Origin: Bacteroidota bacterium
GTDB lineage: Bacteria; Bacteroidota; Bacteroidia; Cytophagales; UBA9547
Assembly (NCBI GenBank): GCA_033763735.1
Contig: JANRJY010000081.1
Coordinates: 911-64,910 of the forward strand
Direction of reading: 5' to 3'
Length of the DNA stretch: 64,000 nucleotides
Numbering within the stretch: position 1 is the first letter of the stretch; every line of letters begins with the position of its first letter. Below, in pieces: positions 1 to 9,873 of the stretch. A program made the translations under genes and the position numbers. A model generated the notes under the pieces. That model saw only the letters and a list, made by a program, of their open reading frames with translations, was not told where the DNA came from and made no database searches.

Positions 1-327
1 ATAGCTCCTGATTTTTAGTGTAAATATTATTTTTTCGTCAATATTTATGTTTTCAGTTTCATTAAACACAATCATTTGACTTACAAAACCAATGTGATTT
101 ACAATTAGCGTGTCACCTTTTTTTACACGCATTTTGAAGTTCCCAATTTTATTGGAAAGTGTACCTAACAAACTGGTTTTGTTATATATAACTGCTCCAT
201 AAATAGGAGAAAGGCTATCTTCTCTTAAAATTATCCCTTTGATTTCCACAAAATTTTGGGCATACAAACTCGAACTCAATCCTATAAGTATGGCATAAAA
301 AAATATAAAAAGGATTGATTTTTTCAT
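1..327 (-). CDS. Exported carboxypeptidase-regulatory-like (CarboxypepD_reg_2) domain protein, 3' end runs off the window
   Basis: Not in ORF track; hand translation from ATG 327 is open to base 1: MKKSILFIFFYAILIGLSSSLYAQNFVEIKGIILREDSLSPIYGAVIYNKTSLLGTLSNKIGNFKMRVKKGDTLIVNHIGFVSQ; signal peptide plus typical G..S...G.F and DTL...HIGF pattern. Confidence 0.8.
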   Translation of the reverse strand, partial: MKKSILFIFFYAILIGLSSSLYAQNFVEIKGIILREDSLSPIYGAVIYNKTSLLGTLSNKIGNFKMRVKKGDTLIVNHIGFVSQMIVFNETENINIDEKIIFTLKIRSY

Positions 328-352
328 CACAATCAAAGGTAATGAACACCAT

Positions 353-1039
353 TTAAATTCCCGAATCTTTCAGCAAATCAGGTCTTCGAATTTTGGTTCG
401 TTCAATGGATTGCTCCATTCGCCATTCGTTGATTTTTTTTTCATGACCTGATAACAACACCTCAGGTACTTGCAAGTCTCTGAAAGTTTCGGGACGGGTA
501 TACACCGGTGGTGCGAGCAAATTGTCTTGAAATGAGTCGGTTAAAGCAGAAGTTTCGTCATTAAGTACACCGGGTATAAGGCGAATAATTGCATCTGAAA
601 CGACGGCAGCCGCTATTTCACCTCCGGATAACACAAAACTACCTATACTTATTTCCATGGTAATTAGAGACTGACGCACCCTTTCGTCAACGCCTTTGTA
701 ATGACCACAAAGAATGATGATATTTTGGAGTAGTGATAATCTATTTGCCGTTTTTTGATCAAATAAGTGGCCGTCAGGCGTCATGTAGATGACTTGGTCA
801 TAGTTACGTTCGGACTTAAGTTTTTCGATACAAGCAAATATAGGGGCGCACATAAGCACCATGCCAGCACCTCCACCAAAAGCATAATCATCTACCTGAC
901 GATGACGCATTTCGGAATAATCGCGAAGATTGTGAATATGAATTTCAACTAGTTTTTTTTCCTGAGCACGCTTTAGAATGGATTGGTCCAGAGGTCCCTT
1001 AAAAAGTTCAGGTAAAACGGTGATAATATCGATGCGCAT
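353..1039 (-). CDS. trmD: tRNA (guanine37-N1)-methyltransferase
   Basis: [38 protein letters not shown] and LSGGE motifs. Confidence 0.97.
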   Translation of the reverse strand: MRIDIITVLPELFKGPLDQSILKRAQEKKLVEIHIHNLRDYSEMRHRQVDDYAFGGGAGMVLMCAPIFACIEKLKSERNYDQVIYMTPDGHLFDQKTANRLSLLQNIIILCGHYKGVDERVRQSLITMEISIGSFVLSGGEIAAAVVSDAIIRLIPGVLNDETSALTDSFQDNLLAPPVYTRPETFRDLQVPEVLLSGHEKKINEWRMEQSIERTKIRRPDLLKDSGI

Positions 1040-1051
1040 TTGATAGCGTTA

Positions 1052-1852
1052 TCAATCTTCTTCAAACGAAGCCCTTACGTCCGGTCCTTTGAGGATGCCG
1101 CGTTCGGATTGTTGAATGAAGTTGATGATATCGTCACGCTCTTTGGAAGGTTTATGTTCTAATTCAATTTTTTTCAATGCATGAGCGGTGTTTAACCCTT
1201 TCATATACAAGGTTCTGTATATCTCTGCTATTTCGTTGATTTGATCGTTATTAAAACCTCTTCTGCGTAATCCTATAGAATTGATACCACAATAACTTAA
1301 TGGTTCTCTTGCAGCTTTGATAAATGGAGGTACATCTTTACGAACCAAAGCACCACCGGTAACGAATGAGTGTGCGCCTATTCGGACAAATTGTTGAATA
1401 GCGGAGGTTCCACCAATCATAGCCCAGTCGCCTATGGTGATGTGACCTGCAAGCTGTACACTATTTACAATGATACAATTATTACCAATGCTGCAATCGT
1501 GTGCTACGTGTACATAAGCCATTAACAAACAATTGCTTCCGATTGAGGTTTCATTATTGGCAGTAGTGCCTTTATTAAGTGTAACACACTCACGAATAAC
1601 GGTATTATCTCCAATGGTAGTAAGGGTAGGTTCACCTTTATATTTCAAATCTTGTGGAGGGGCAGAAACAGATGCTCCCGGATATATTTTGCAATTTTTA
1701 CCGATTCTTGAACCTTCAAAAATAGAAGCGTTTGGACCAATCCAAGTTCCTTCGCCTATTTCAACGTCTTTTGTTACGAATGCAAATGGTTCAATCGTTA
1801 CGTTTGCACCTATTTTTGCATCGGGATGCACATATGCTAATTTATGGATCAT
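1052..1852 (-). CDS. lpxA: UDP-N-acetylglucosamine O-acyltransferase
   Basis: Hexapeptide repeats, PPQDLKYKGE, HVAHDC, GLRRRGF. Confidence 0.97.
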   Translation of the reverse strand: MIHKLAYVHPDAKIGANVTIEPFAFVTKDVEIGEGTWIGPNASIFEGSRIGKNCKIYPGASVSAPPQDLKYKGEPTLTTIGDNTVIRECVTLNKGTTANNETSIGSNCLLMAYVHVAHDCSIGNNCIIVNSVQLAGHITIGDWAMIGGTSAIQQFVRIGAHSFVTGGALVRKDVPPFIKAAREPLSYCGINSIGLRRRGFNNDQINEIAEIYRTLYMKGLNTAHALKKIELEHKPSKERDDIINFIQQSERGILKGPDVRASFEED

Positions 1853-3246
1853 ACGCCTGGTTTTCTTACAATACTTGCTGTCATTACTGCTTCACATGCA
1901 AGTTCACCGGCTACAAATGCCTGACCTTGCATTTTGATTATTCCTCTTTTGATTGGAGCTAATAACTCACATCTGAATATTATGGTGTCACCGGGAACAA
2001 TCATTCTGCGGAATCTACAATTTTCAACTGCCAAAAAATAAGCCCAATAGTTTTGTGGATCATCAACGGTTTCTAAGGCTAATACGCCACCGGTCTGTGC
2101 CATACCTTCAATTTGGTACACACCAGGGAAAACAGGATTATCATTGAAATGACCCATGAAAAACGGTTCATTAATAGTTACGTTTTTTACACCAACAACC
2201 AATGTTTCTTCGATATGAATGATTTTATCAATTAGCTTAAAAGGGTAGCTATGAGGCAGAATGTTATAAACTTTTTTTACATCATATACCGGGGGTGCAG
2301 TTGGGTCGTAATGTGGAGCAGAGTTTTTGCTATCCATCATTACTTTTTTCAATTTTTTTGCGAATGCAACATTAGCTGCATGTCCCGGACGAGCGGCAAG
2401 AATCTGGGCTTTCAATGGTCGCCCTACCAACGTAAGATCTCCGATTACATCCAATAACTTGTGTCGGGCAGGCTCATTGTTATATCTAAGGGTAACGTTG
2501 TTGAGAATTCCTTCTTTTTTAACTTCTACTTTTTGCAGATTGAATAGCTTTGCGAGGCTTTCAAGTTCTTCGTCTTTAACAACTCTGTCAACAATTACGA
2601 TGGCATTATTCAAGTCGCCACCTTTGATTAGATTTTGAGCTTTAAGCATTTCTAGCTCGTGTAGAAAGCAAAATGTACGGCAACCTGCAATTTCCTTTGC
2701 AAACTGTTTGATATCAGTGATTGATGCATGTTGACTGCCCAATACAGGTGAATTATAGTCAACCATTACCGTTACTCTATAATCGTCCAATGGCAAAGCC
2801 GCTAATTCTACATTGCTTCTTGCAGGATCAACATATCTGATGTTTTCAGGAATGATAAAATAATTGCGAAGCGCATTTTGTTCAACAACACCCGTATCGG
2901 TAAGTGTATTTACAAAAGCCAAAGAGCTTCCATCCATTATAGGTGGTTCAGGACCATCCATTTGAATTAGTATATTATCGATTTCGAGCCCGGTGAGTGC
3001 CGCAAGTGTATGTTCTACTGTGTAGATTCTTGCACCGTTTTTTTCAATGGTTGTGCCTCTGGAAATGTCAACTACGTGATCTACGTCAGCTTCTACGATG
3101 GGTTGTCCGGGAAGGTCTACCCTCTGAAATTTGATACCGAAATTTACATCTTGTGGAACAAAGGACATGTTGCACATTTCCCCTGTATGTAATCCTACTC
3201 CTGAAACAGTGACCTTATTTTTAATGGTCTGTTGTTTGCTATTCAT
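1849..3246 (-). CDS. lpxC-fabZ: Bifunctional LpxC deacetylase / FabZ dehydratase
   Basis: GVGLHTG, TVEH and RHKLLD (LpxC); LPHSYPF, FFMGHF and PGVYQIEGMAQ (FabZ); a typical Bacteroidota fusion. Confidence 0.96.
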   Translation of the reverse strand: MNSKQQTIKNKVTVSGVGLHTGEMCNMSFVPQDVNFGIKFQRVDLPGQPIVEADVDHVVDISRGTTIEKNGARIYTVEHTLAALTGLEIDNILIQMDGPEPPIMDGSSLAFVNTLTDTGVVEQNALRNYFIIPENIRYVDPARSNVELAALPLDDYRVTVMVDYNSPVLGSQHASITDIKQFAKEIAGCRTFCFLHELEMLKAQNLIKGGDLNNAIVIVDRVVKDEELESLAKLFNLQKVEVKKEGILNNVTLRYNNEPARHKLLDVIGDLTLVGRPLKAQILAARPGHAANVAFAKKLKKVMMDSKNSAPHYDPTAPPVYDVKKVYNILPHSYPFKLIDKIIHIEETLVVGVKNVTINEPFFMGHFNDNPVFPGVYQIEGMAQTGGVLALETVDDPQNYWAYFLAVENCRFRRMIVPGDTIIFRCELLAPIKRGIIKMQGQAFVAGELACEAVMTASIVRKPGV

Positions 3247-3249
3247 TCT

Positions 3250-4296
3250 TTATTGTTCAAGCGGCTGCAAATGTATAATTTTTTCTTCAAGTTCCTCAAT
3301 CCGCTTCATTAATTCAGGTAGTTTACGATAAATGGCATATGACTTAAAGTAATTTTTTACCGGTAATGGAGGTGAGCCAATCATGCTTGTACCTTCTTCT
3401 TCAATAGTTTTAAGCAAACCTGACTGAGCTCCTATAGAAGTTTTGTTAGCAATGGTTATATGACCAACAATACCAACTTGACCTCCAATGACACAGTTGT
3501 CACCGATTTTTGATGATCCTGATATACCGGTTTGAGCAGCAATTACGGTATTTGTCCCTACTTCAACATTATGTGCTATTTGAATCAAGTTATCGAGTTT
3601 TACCCCTTTTCTAATAGTTGTAGAACCCATTGTTGCACAATCAATAACTGTATTAGCTCCTATATCTACGTGATCTTCAATTACTACATTTCCGATTTGA
3701 GGAATGGCTTTGTATGAACCGTCTTTTTGGGGAGCAAACCCAAAACCATCACTTCCTATCACTGCTCCGGATTGAATAGTACAAAAACTACCAATTTTTG
3801 TGTCCGCATATATACGAACGCCAGAGTAAATAATAGTGTTATCGCCAATTACTACATTATCTCCAATGGTTACATTTGGATATATCTTTACATTTTTTCC
3901 TAAGGAGCAATTGCTTCCAATGTAAGAGAATGCACCTCTATACACATTATCACCATGTTTGCTGTTATTGCCGATAAATGAAGGTTCTTCAATACCAATT
4001 TTACTGAAAGAAGTTATTTTGTGATACTCTTCAAGTAAAGTGGTGAAGGCAGAATAAGAATTTTCCACACGTATCAAAGTAGCGTTTATCTTCTCACGAG
4101 GGACAAATGAGTTGTCAACGATTACGGCACCGGCGGTTACTGTGTATATATAATTTTCGTACTTTAAATTTGATAAAAAAGATATGCTACTGGGGTTTGC
4201 TTCTTGAATTTTGGCAAGTGAATTAATTTTAACATCTGGATTTCCTTCAACAGTCCCTCCAATTAATGCAGCTATTTGTTTTACAGTAAATTCCAT
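3250..4296 (-). CDS. lpxD: UDP-3-O-acyl-glucosamine N-acyltransferase
   Basis: GSDGFGFA, IPQIGNV, DNLIQIAHNV, hexapeptide repeats. Confidence 0.97.
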   Translation of the reverse strand: MEFTVKQIAALIGGTVEGNPDVKINSLAKIQEANPSSISFLSNLKYENYIYTVTAGAVIVDNSFVPREKINATLIRVENSYSAFTTLLEEYHKITSFSKIGIEEPSFIGNNSKHGDNVYRGAFSYIGSNCSLGKNVKIYPNVTIGDNVVIGDNTIIYSGVRIYADTKIGSFCTIQSGAVIGSDGFGFAPQKDGSYKAIPQIGNVVIEDHVDIGANTVIDCATMGSTTIRKGVKLDNLIQIAHNVEVGTNTVIAAQTGISGSSKIGDNCVIGGQVGIVGHITIANKTSIGAQSGLLKTIEEEGTSMIGSPPLPVKNYFKSYAIYRKLPELMKRIEELEEKIIHLQPLEQ

Positions 4297-4300
4297 TCCA

Positions 4301-5554
4301 TTACCTTATTTTGTTATTAAACAGCCCTTCAAAAGCCTCAGGAGGAGAACAAATATAATATTTTTTTACGATTTCGCTTATTGCCTTAATATTTGGCAAG
4401 TCGGAAGCGTAAGCAATATCAACAAGCTCACCTGTTTTTTTAAGTATGTTTATTTTTTTATCAGAAGCAATATAACCATAGTTGCTTAACTCGCCTCTAA
4501 TCCTCAAATATGGCAAAAAATCAGTTGAAATTGAAAAACTGTTACAAATTTTATTATCCACATTACTTAAATATTCAATAGAAAAATCGTCCTTGCTCAT
4601 AATAATTTTGAATAATTTTCGATTTAACAATCTGGTACATAAGAAGGAAAGTACCCAATCGGAATGGAATTGCCAATTTTTAATGGACGACCATAGATCC
4701 AAATCATCAATGGATCCAAATGCTCTCAAAATATCAGGATTAGTTTTAAAATCATCTATTGTAAAATCATTTTCAAAAAACATTCTGAAATTTTTGGTGC
4801 TTTCAAGTGGAACATCTTTTTGAGCCAATAGTTTGGCTCTTTTGATAATTTGTATCAACATTTCTTCTGCTGCTATGGTGGTTTTGTGCAAATACACTTG
4901 CCAGTACATTAATCTGCGTGAGTTCAGAAAATTTTCAATACTATATATTCCTTTCTCTTGAATTACAATTTCATCATTTCTGATTTCCAGCATATTGAGT
5001 ATGCGTTCCGAACCAATTGTGCCTTCAATTACACCGGAAAAATATGCATCACGATTCAAATAATCCATTCGGTCAACATCCAACTGACTGGATACCAATT
5101 GACTAAAAAAATGACGTTCATAAGTACCTTTGAACATTTCAATAGCCAAACTTAGTTCTCCATTGAATTCTGTATTCAATTGTTGCATGAACATGAGCGA
5201 AATAGATTCGTGATGTACTTTGTTGAAAATGGAGCTTTCCAAAACGTGGGAGAATGGGCCATGACCAATATCGTGGAGCAGTATAGCTATTAATGCAGAC
5301 TCGTATTCCTTATCTGATATTTCGTAACCCTTATGTCGAAGCGATTCAAGTGCCGTTTGCATTAAGTGCATTGCCCCTAATGCATGATGAAAGCGCGTGT
5401 GGTTAGCTCCCATATATACTAAGTCGGTAATACCTAGTTGTTTGATCCGTCTTAATCTTTGAAAATAAGGATGTTCGATTAAGTCAAATATTAATGGTGT
5501 AGGTATGGTAATAAAACCGTAAATGGGGTCATTAAATATTTTTCGTTTGTTCAT
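4301..5554 (-). CDS. HD-domain phosphohydrolase (dNTPase-like)
   Basis: FQRLRRIKQLG, HTRFHH, LLHDIGHGPFSH, LDVDRMDYL; usual neighbour of lpxD in Bacteroidota. Confidence 0.93.
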   Translation of the reverse strand: MNKRKIFNDPIYGFITIPTPLIFDLIEHPYFQRLRRIKQLGITDLVYMGANHTRFHHALGAMHLMQTALESLRHKGYEISDKEYESALIAILLHDIGHGPFSHVLESSIFNKVHHESISLMFMQQLNTEFNGELSLAIEMFKGTYERHFFSQLVSSQLDVDRMDYLNRDAYFSGVIEGTIGSERILNMLEIRNDEIVIQEKGIYSIENFLNSRRLMYWQVYLHKTTIAAEEMLIQIIKRAKLLAQKDVPLESTKNFRMFFENDFTIDDFKTNPDILRAFGSIDDLDLWSSIKNWQFHSDWVLSFLCTRLLNRKLFKIIMSKDDFSIEYLSNVDNKICNSFSISTDFLPYLRIRGELSNYGYIASDKKINILKKTGELVDIAYASDLPNIKAISEIVKKYYICSPPEAFEGLFNNKIR

Positions 5555-5596
5555 TTTTAGTTAAAGTCAAAGTTTCAAACGAAATAGTTAATCATT

Positions 5597-8053
5597 TCAG
5601 GATTGAGAATTAAAAATCTTGTTTAGCCGTTTGCTAATGTTGTATAAAAATGATTTTTTCTTTACAATTTCATCATCATAATATCCATGTTTATTACTTG
5701 CACCATATCCATACCCATAACCTCCTCCATATTCACTACTGTAATAACCATAATATCTGTATCCATATCCATAATTTTTCCGGACATCGAAATCGTTCAA
5801 TATATATGTGATATTTTTGATTCTATCTGCTTCAATATGTTCATTTAGTTCTTTCAAATACCTACTTTGGGTATAATCATGACGAACTACAAAAATATTA
5901 ACATCAGAATATTTCATAATTGTAAGCGCATCCGAAACCAAACCAATTGGTGGTGTATCGATTATCACATAATCAAAGCGCAGTTTTAATTGGAAAATTA
6001 GTTCTTCCAATTTGCTACTCATCAATAACTCTGCAGGGTTTGGTGGAACAGGTCCAGAACTGATGAAGCTTAAATTACTAATTTTTGTTTCTCTTACAAT
6101 ATCTTCTACTGTTGCCTTGCCTGCCAAATAATTACTTAATCCATCGGTGTTTCGGGTATCAATATCCAAATATACTTTAGGTTTTCGCATGTCGGCTCCT
6201 ATTAAAACAATCTTTTTATTTGATATAGCTATGATAGATGCGATGTTCAAAGAGGTAAATGTTTTGCCATCACCACTCAGTGACGAAGTTATTAAAATTA
6301 CTTTTTGGTTTTCTTCAGGCATAAAAAAACTCAAATTGGCCCGAATCGATCTAAATGATTCAGCAAGGCTTGATTTGGGTTTATTTATAATTACTAAATT
6401 ATCATTGTCCGGAATATGACCAATTGTGCCTAAAAATGGAATGTTACAAATATTAGTAACATCATCTCTTTCCATTATTCTATAATTAGTCAAGTACTTA
6501 AACAAAACATATAATAGGGGTATAAGTATTGATATCAGTAAATTTGTGGAGTAAACCTTTGAGATATTAGGAAATGGCGCTCCGGTAATGGAAGCATTAT
6601 CTACAATTTTAGTGTCAGACACATTTCCTGCACGAATAATTGACATTTCTGACTTTTTCTTTAACAACAAATTATATAATTCTTCATTGATTCTGTATTT
6701 TCGTTTTAATTCCACAAAATTTCGTTCGTTTTCTAAAACGGAAATGGTAATATCTTGAACTGATTTAATTTTAGAATTCAAATCGTCAAGATAAATTTCA
6801 TTGGTTTTTTCAATATTACTTATCAATTCATAAATGCTTTGTTTTATTGCCGTAATTTTATTTTCATTTTCAGTCCTGAATGGGCTACCGGGTTCGGGTT
6901 TAAAATACAATTTTTGTTTTGTTTTCTCTTCGAATAATTGATTGAGAAGTGTTGTTAGCATAGGTGCTTCGATGCCTAATGAAATGGGCACAACCAAATC
7001 TTCATAATTGTCATGTGTTTTGAGATATTCTTTTAAATAATTAAAATATTTGAGGTTTAGATTATATTTTGATTTTTCTTCTTCAAATAATTCAAGCCTT
7101 CCAAAACGCTTTTCAACAGTTAGATCTACATTGTTGCTATTGTATTTTTTTCGATAAAAGGCAAGACTATTTTCAAGTTTTGACAAAGTATCGGATATCA
7201 TATCTAATTGTGTATCAATAAACAAAATAGCGCGTTCATTTGTAATGTTTTTCTCAAGCAAATTCAGTTTTATAAAAGTAACTGAGTGTTGATTTATAAA
7301 ATCTATTTCTTTATCGGCAGAAGTTCCATTAGTTTGAACTGTTAAAATACTTGAGCTTTTATCTAATTGAGAAACCCTTATTTTAGAAATGTATTCGTTG
7401 ACTACTGACCCAAATTCATTTATTTTGAAATAATAAAGTGCGTTTTTATTTATGGTATTAAAATCAGATGCACGGTCGATCGAAAATTTAAAACCATCAA
7501 TTTCGTATTCTTTATTGAAATAAAATGGGTTTTTTAACAAACTATTTCTGTTCTCATCTTTCTTAAACTTTAATTCAAATTTTTCATTATCAAGCACTTT
7601 AATATAAAAAATTTTATTGTACGGAATAGCATTATTTGAATCGCTAAAATTTAATTTGAATTCATTGAATTTATACAATTGGGACGCCTTTATAGTACCT
7701 TCAATATAGTAACTTACCTTCCAATCAAGTTTTTTTACGGTTTCTTCTATCAGTTTTTTGGAAGAAAAAATCTTCATTTCATTTTGTAAATTTATATTTC
7801 TTGCGTAGGCAGAATAATCAAATCCTTTTGATTCGAACGGATTAATATTTTGACTTGCGTCTTTCACAAGAATAGAACCGGATACTGTATATACAGTAGT
7901 TGAATATTTCAAATAAAAATAAGAACCTAACCAGGCAATTCCGATTGAAATAACAAACAAATGCCAATGACTAAATATTCTATGAAACCACCTTTCATAA
8001 ATTAAGGTATCAATTTTTCTAAAAGTCGAATTACTTGTTTGAGCGTTTACCAA
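5597..8053 (-). CDS. wzc: Polysaccharide co-polymerase / BY-kinase (Wzc family)
   Basis: Two TM segments around a coiled periplasmic domain, Walker A GDGKT, DMRKP, IIDTPP, C-terminal Tyr cluster YGYGYRYYGYY. Confidence 0.92.
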   Translation of the reverse strand: MVNAQTSNSTFRKIDTLIYERWFHRIFSHWHLFVISIGIAWLGSYFYLKYSTTVYTVSGSILVKDASQNINPFESKGFDYSAYARNINLQNEMKIFSSKKLIEETVKKLDWKVSYYIEGTIKASQLYKFNEFKLNFSDSNNAIPYNKIFYIKVLDNEKFELKFKKDENRNSLLKNPFYFNKEYEIDGFKFSIDRASDFNTINKNALYYFKINEFGSVVNEYISKIRVSQLDKSSSILTVQTNGTSADKEIDFINQHSVTFIKLNLLEKNITNERAILFIDTQLDMISDTLSKLENSLAFYRKKYNSNNVDLTVEKRFGRLELFEEEKSKYNLNLKYFNYLKEYLKTHDNYEDLVVPISLGIEAPMLTTLLNQLFEEKTKQKLYFKPEPGSPFRTENENKITAIKQSIYELISNIEKTNEIYLDDLNSKIKSVQDITISVLENERNFVELKRKYRINEELYNLLLKKKSEMSIIRAGNVSDTKIVDNASITGAPFPNISKVYSTNLLISILIPLLYVLFKYLTNYRIMERDDVTNICNIPFLGTIGHIPDNDNLVIINKPKSSLAESFRSIRANLSFFMPEENQKVILITSSLSGDGKTFTSLNIASIIAISNKKIVLIGADMRKPKVYLDIDTRNTDGLSNYLAGKATVEDIVRETKISNLSFISSGPVPPNPAELLMSSKLEELIFQLKLRFDYVIIDTPPIGLVSDALTIMKYSDVNIFVVRHDYTQSRYLKELNEHIEADRIKNITYILNDFDVRKNYGYGYRYYGYYSSEYGGGYGYGYGASNKHGYYDDEIVKKKSFLYNISKRLNKIFNSQS

Positions 8054-8055
8054 AA

Positions 8056-8886
8056 TTACCTGATGTTTCTAAATGTATTAAAAGCGACTAATAATGTAAT
8101 AAGTAATGAAAATGACGAAACTGCTATAGCAGCATTTGGCAACACATATGTCCGAATATTCCGGGCTCTCATTGGATCGACAACTATAATATCATTTGGC
8201 AAAAGATATATATCATTACTTGTAATGATGTCCTGATCCAACATGCTTATATATCGGATATGAATTTTATTGTTAGGTAGTTTTCTTATCAATTTTATTT
8301 TTTCACGATTTGCATATTCTTTAAATCCACCTGCTAAAATTATTGCCTCAATTAAAGTTAGTTCCTCTTTAGGACTTTGTATTTTGCCTTGAATATTAAG
8401 CTCTCCATAAGTGTAAATGAAATAGTTTAGCATTACTACGTTTACAATTACATTATCTAAATATTTATTAACTGCATTTTGTACTATAGTTCGTGCTTCT
8501 TCTATGGTTTTATTTGCAACTTCTATTTTACCCAAAACAGGAATTTTCACAAACCCTAATGAATCAATGACATAACCACTTCTTTCATTTCGCATTGGCA
8601 TCATCCCTGATGTGGCTATGTTTGGACCGGAGCTATTTCCCTCTCCAAGTTCATTTAAACGATCCAAATTAATTTCACTTTTTGAAATACTGGTTATTTT
8701 AACTTCAAGTATGTCACCGGGTTTCAATAAATACTTAAATCTGGGCATTGTTAGAATGGTATCAGTACTATACAATGCTCTTACGTTTTTTTTATGTAAA
8801 TCTTGAAATATTATCTGTTTTCTTAAAGGAACACATGAAGTGATAATAAAAAATATTAAAAAACTGTAAATAATTATTTTAGTCAT
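8056..8886 (-). CDS. wza: Polysaccharide export lipoprotein (Wza/Poly_export)
   Basis: Lipobox IITSC after ATG 8886, LKPGD, GFVKIPVLGKI, SLBB-like TLIEAIILAGG, LLPNDIIVV. Confidence 0.9.
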   Translation of the reverse strand: MTKIIIYSFLIFFIITSCVPLRKQIIFQDLHKKNVRALYSTDTILTMPRFKYLLKPGDILEVKITSISKSEINLDRLNELGEGNSSGPNIATSGMMPMRNERSGYVIDSLGFVKIPVLGKIEVANKTIEEARTIVQNAVNKYLDNVIVNVVMLNYFIYTYGELNIQGKIQSPKEELTLIEAIILAGGFKEYANREKIKLIRKLPNNKIHIRYISMLDQDIITSNDIYLLPNDIIVVDPMRARNIRTYVLPNAAIAVSSFSLLITLLVAFNTFRNIR

Positions 8887-8890
8887 TTGA

Positions 8891-9760
8891 TTATATAACA
8901 TCCATAAAATTTTTCTCTACTTTATTGAACATAACGATACCCAACAAAAGCACTATAATCATAAATACACAACTATATCCCAATTGCATCCAATCAATCA
9001 TTCCTGAACCTAAAATTCCATATCTGAAAGTTTCAATTATAGGTGTAATCGGGTTGAACCATAAATATTTTTTTATACTTTCAGGTACAGAAGAGGATGG
9101 AAATATTACAGGTGTGGCATACATAAATAACTGAACTCCAAAGGATACCAGAAAAGTTAAGTCGCGATATTTTGTTGTTAATGACGACACAATAATTCCC
9201 AATCCAAGTCCAATTCCAGCCATTAAAAACAATAAAAAGGGCAACAATAAAATGAACATATTTGGATGTATATTCCCTCCTTTAAGGTAGTAAAATACGA
9301 ATAGTCCAATAAAGGTAACGAATTGAATTCCAAAACTTATCAAATTACTTATGGAATCGGCAATGGGTACTACCAGTCGAGGAAAATATACCTTTCCAAA
9401 AACACCACTATTGGTAATGAATGTGTTTGAGCTTTTGGTTAAACAAGTCGAAAAATAATTCCAAAGAATTAATCCACTCATGTAGAACAAAATAGGGGGC
9501 AATCCGTCAGTTGGGATTTTGGCAATGTTGCCAAATATTATGGTAAAAGTAATTGTGGTTAACAAAGGTTGGATTATAAACCAAAGTGGACCAAGAATTG
9601 TTTGCTTGTACACAGCTACAAAATCACGTCTGACAAATAGGAGTATTAAATCTCTATAGCGCCATAATTCACTCAAATTTAACTCCAATAAACCTGCTTT
9701 AGGTTTTATGGTTAGTGTCCAGTTTTCAGTATTTTCTGTTGCTGTATGAGCAGTGTTCAT
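8891..9760 (-). CDS. wzm: ABC-2 polysaccharide transporter permease (Wzm/TagG family)
   Basis: ELWRYRDL, YKQTILGPLW, KVYFPR, MYATPVIF, NPITPIIE; six TM segments; ATG at 9760 preferred. Confidence 0.9.
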   Translation of the reverse strand: MNTAHTATENTENWTLTIKPKAGLLELNLSELWRYRDLILLFVRRDFVAVYKQTILGPLWFIIQPLLTTITFTIIFGNIAKIPTDGLPPILFYMSGLILWNYFSTCLTKSSNTFITNSGVFGKVYFPRLVVPIADSISNLISFGIQFVTFIGLFVFYYLKGGNIHPNMFILLLPFLLFLMAGIGLGLGIIVSSLTTKYRDLTFLVSFGVQLFMYATPVIFPSSSVPESIKKYLWFNPITPIIETFRYGILGSGMIDWMQLGYSCVFMIIVLLLGIVMFNKVEKNFMDVI

Positions 9761-9873
9761 TATAGTATTTGGGTGCAATTTAATGCATTACATAAAAAAA
9801 AGTGAAAAAACATTCAATAACAACCTTGATAAAATAAAATTATAGCTTTAAATTGAATAAAAATAAGAATTGG

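Noticed and set aside
1849-3246. LpxC-FabZ fusion as a novelty
   Set aside because: Well known and typical for the phylum
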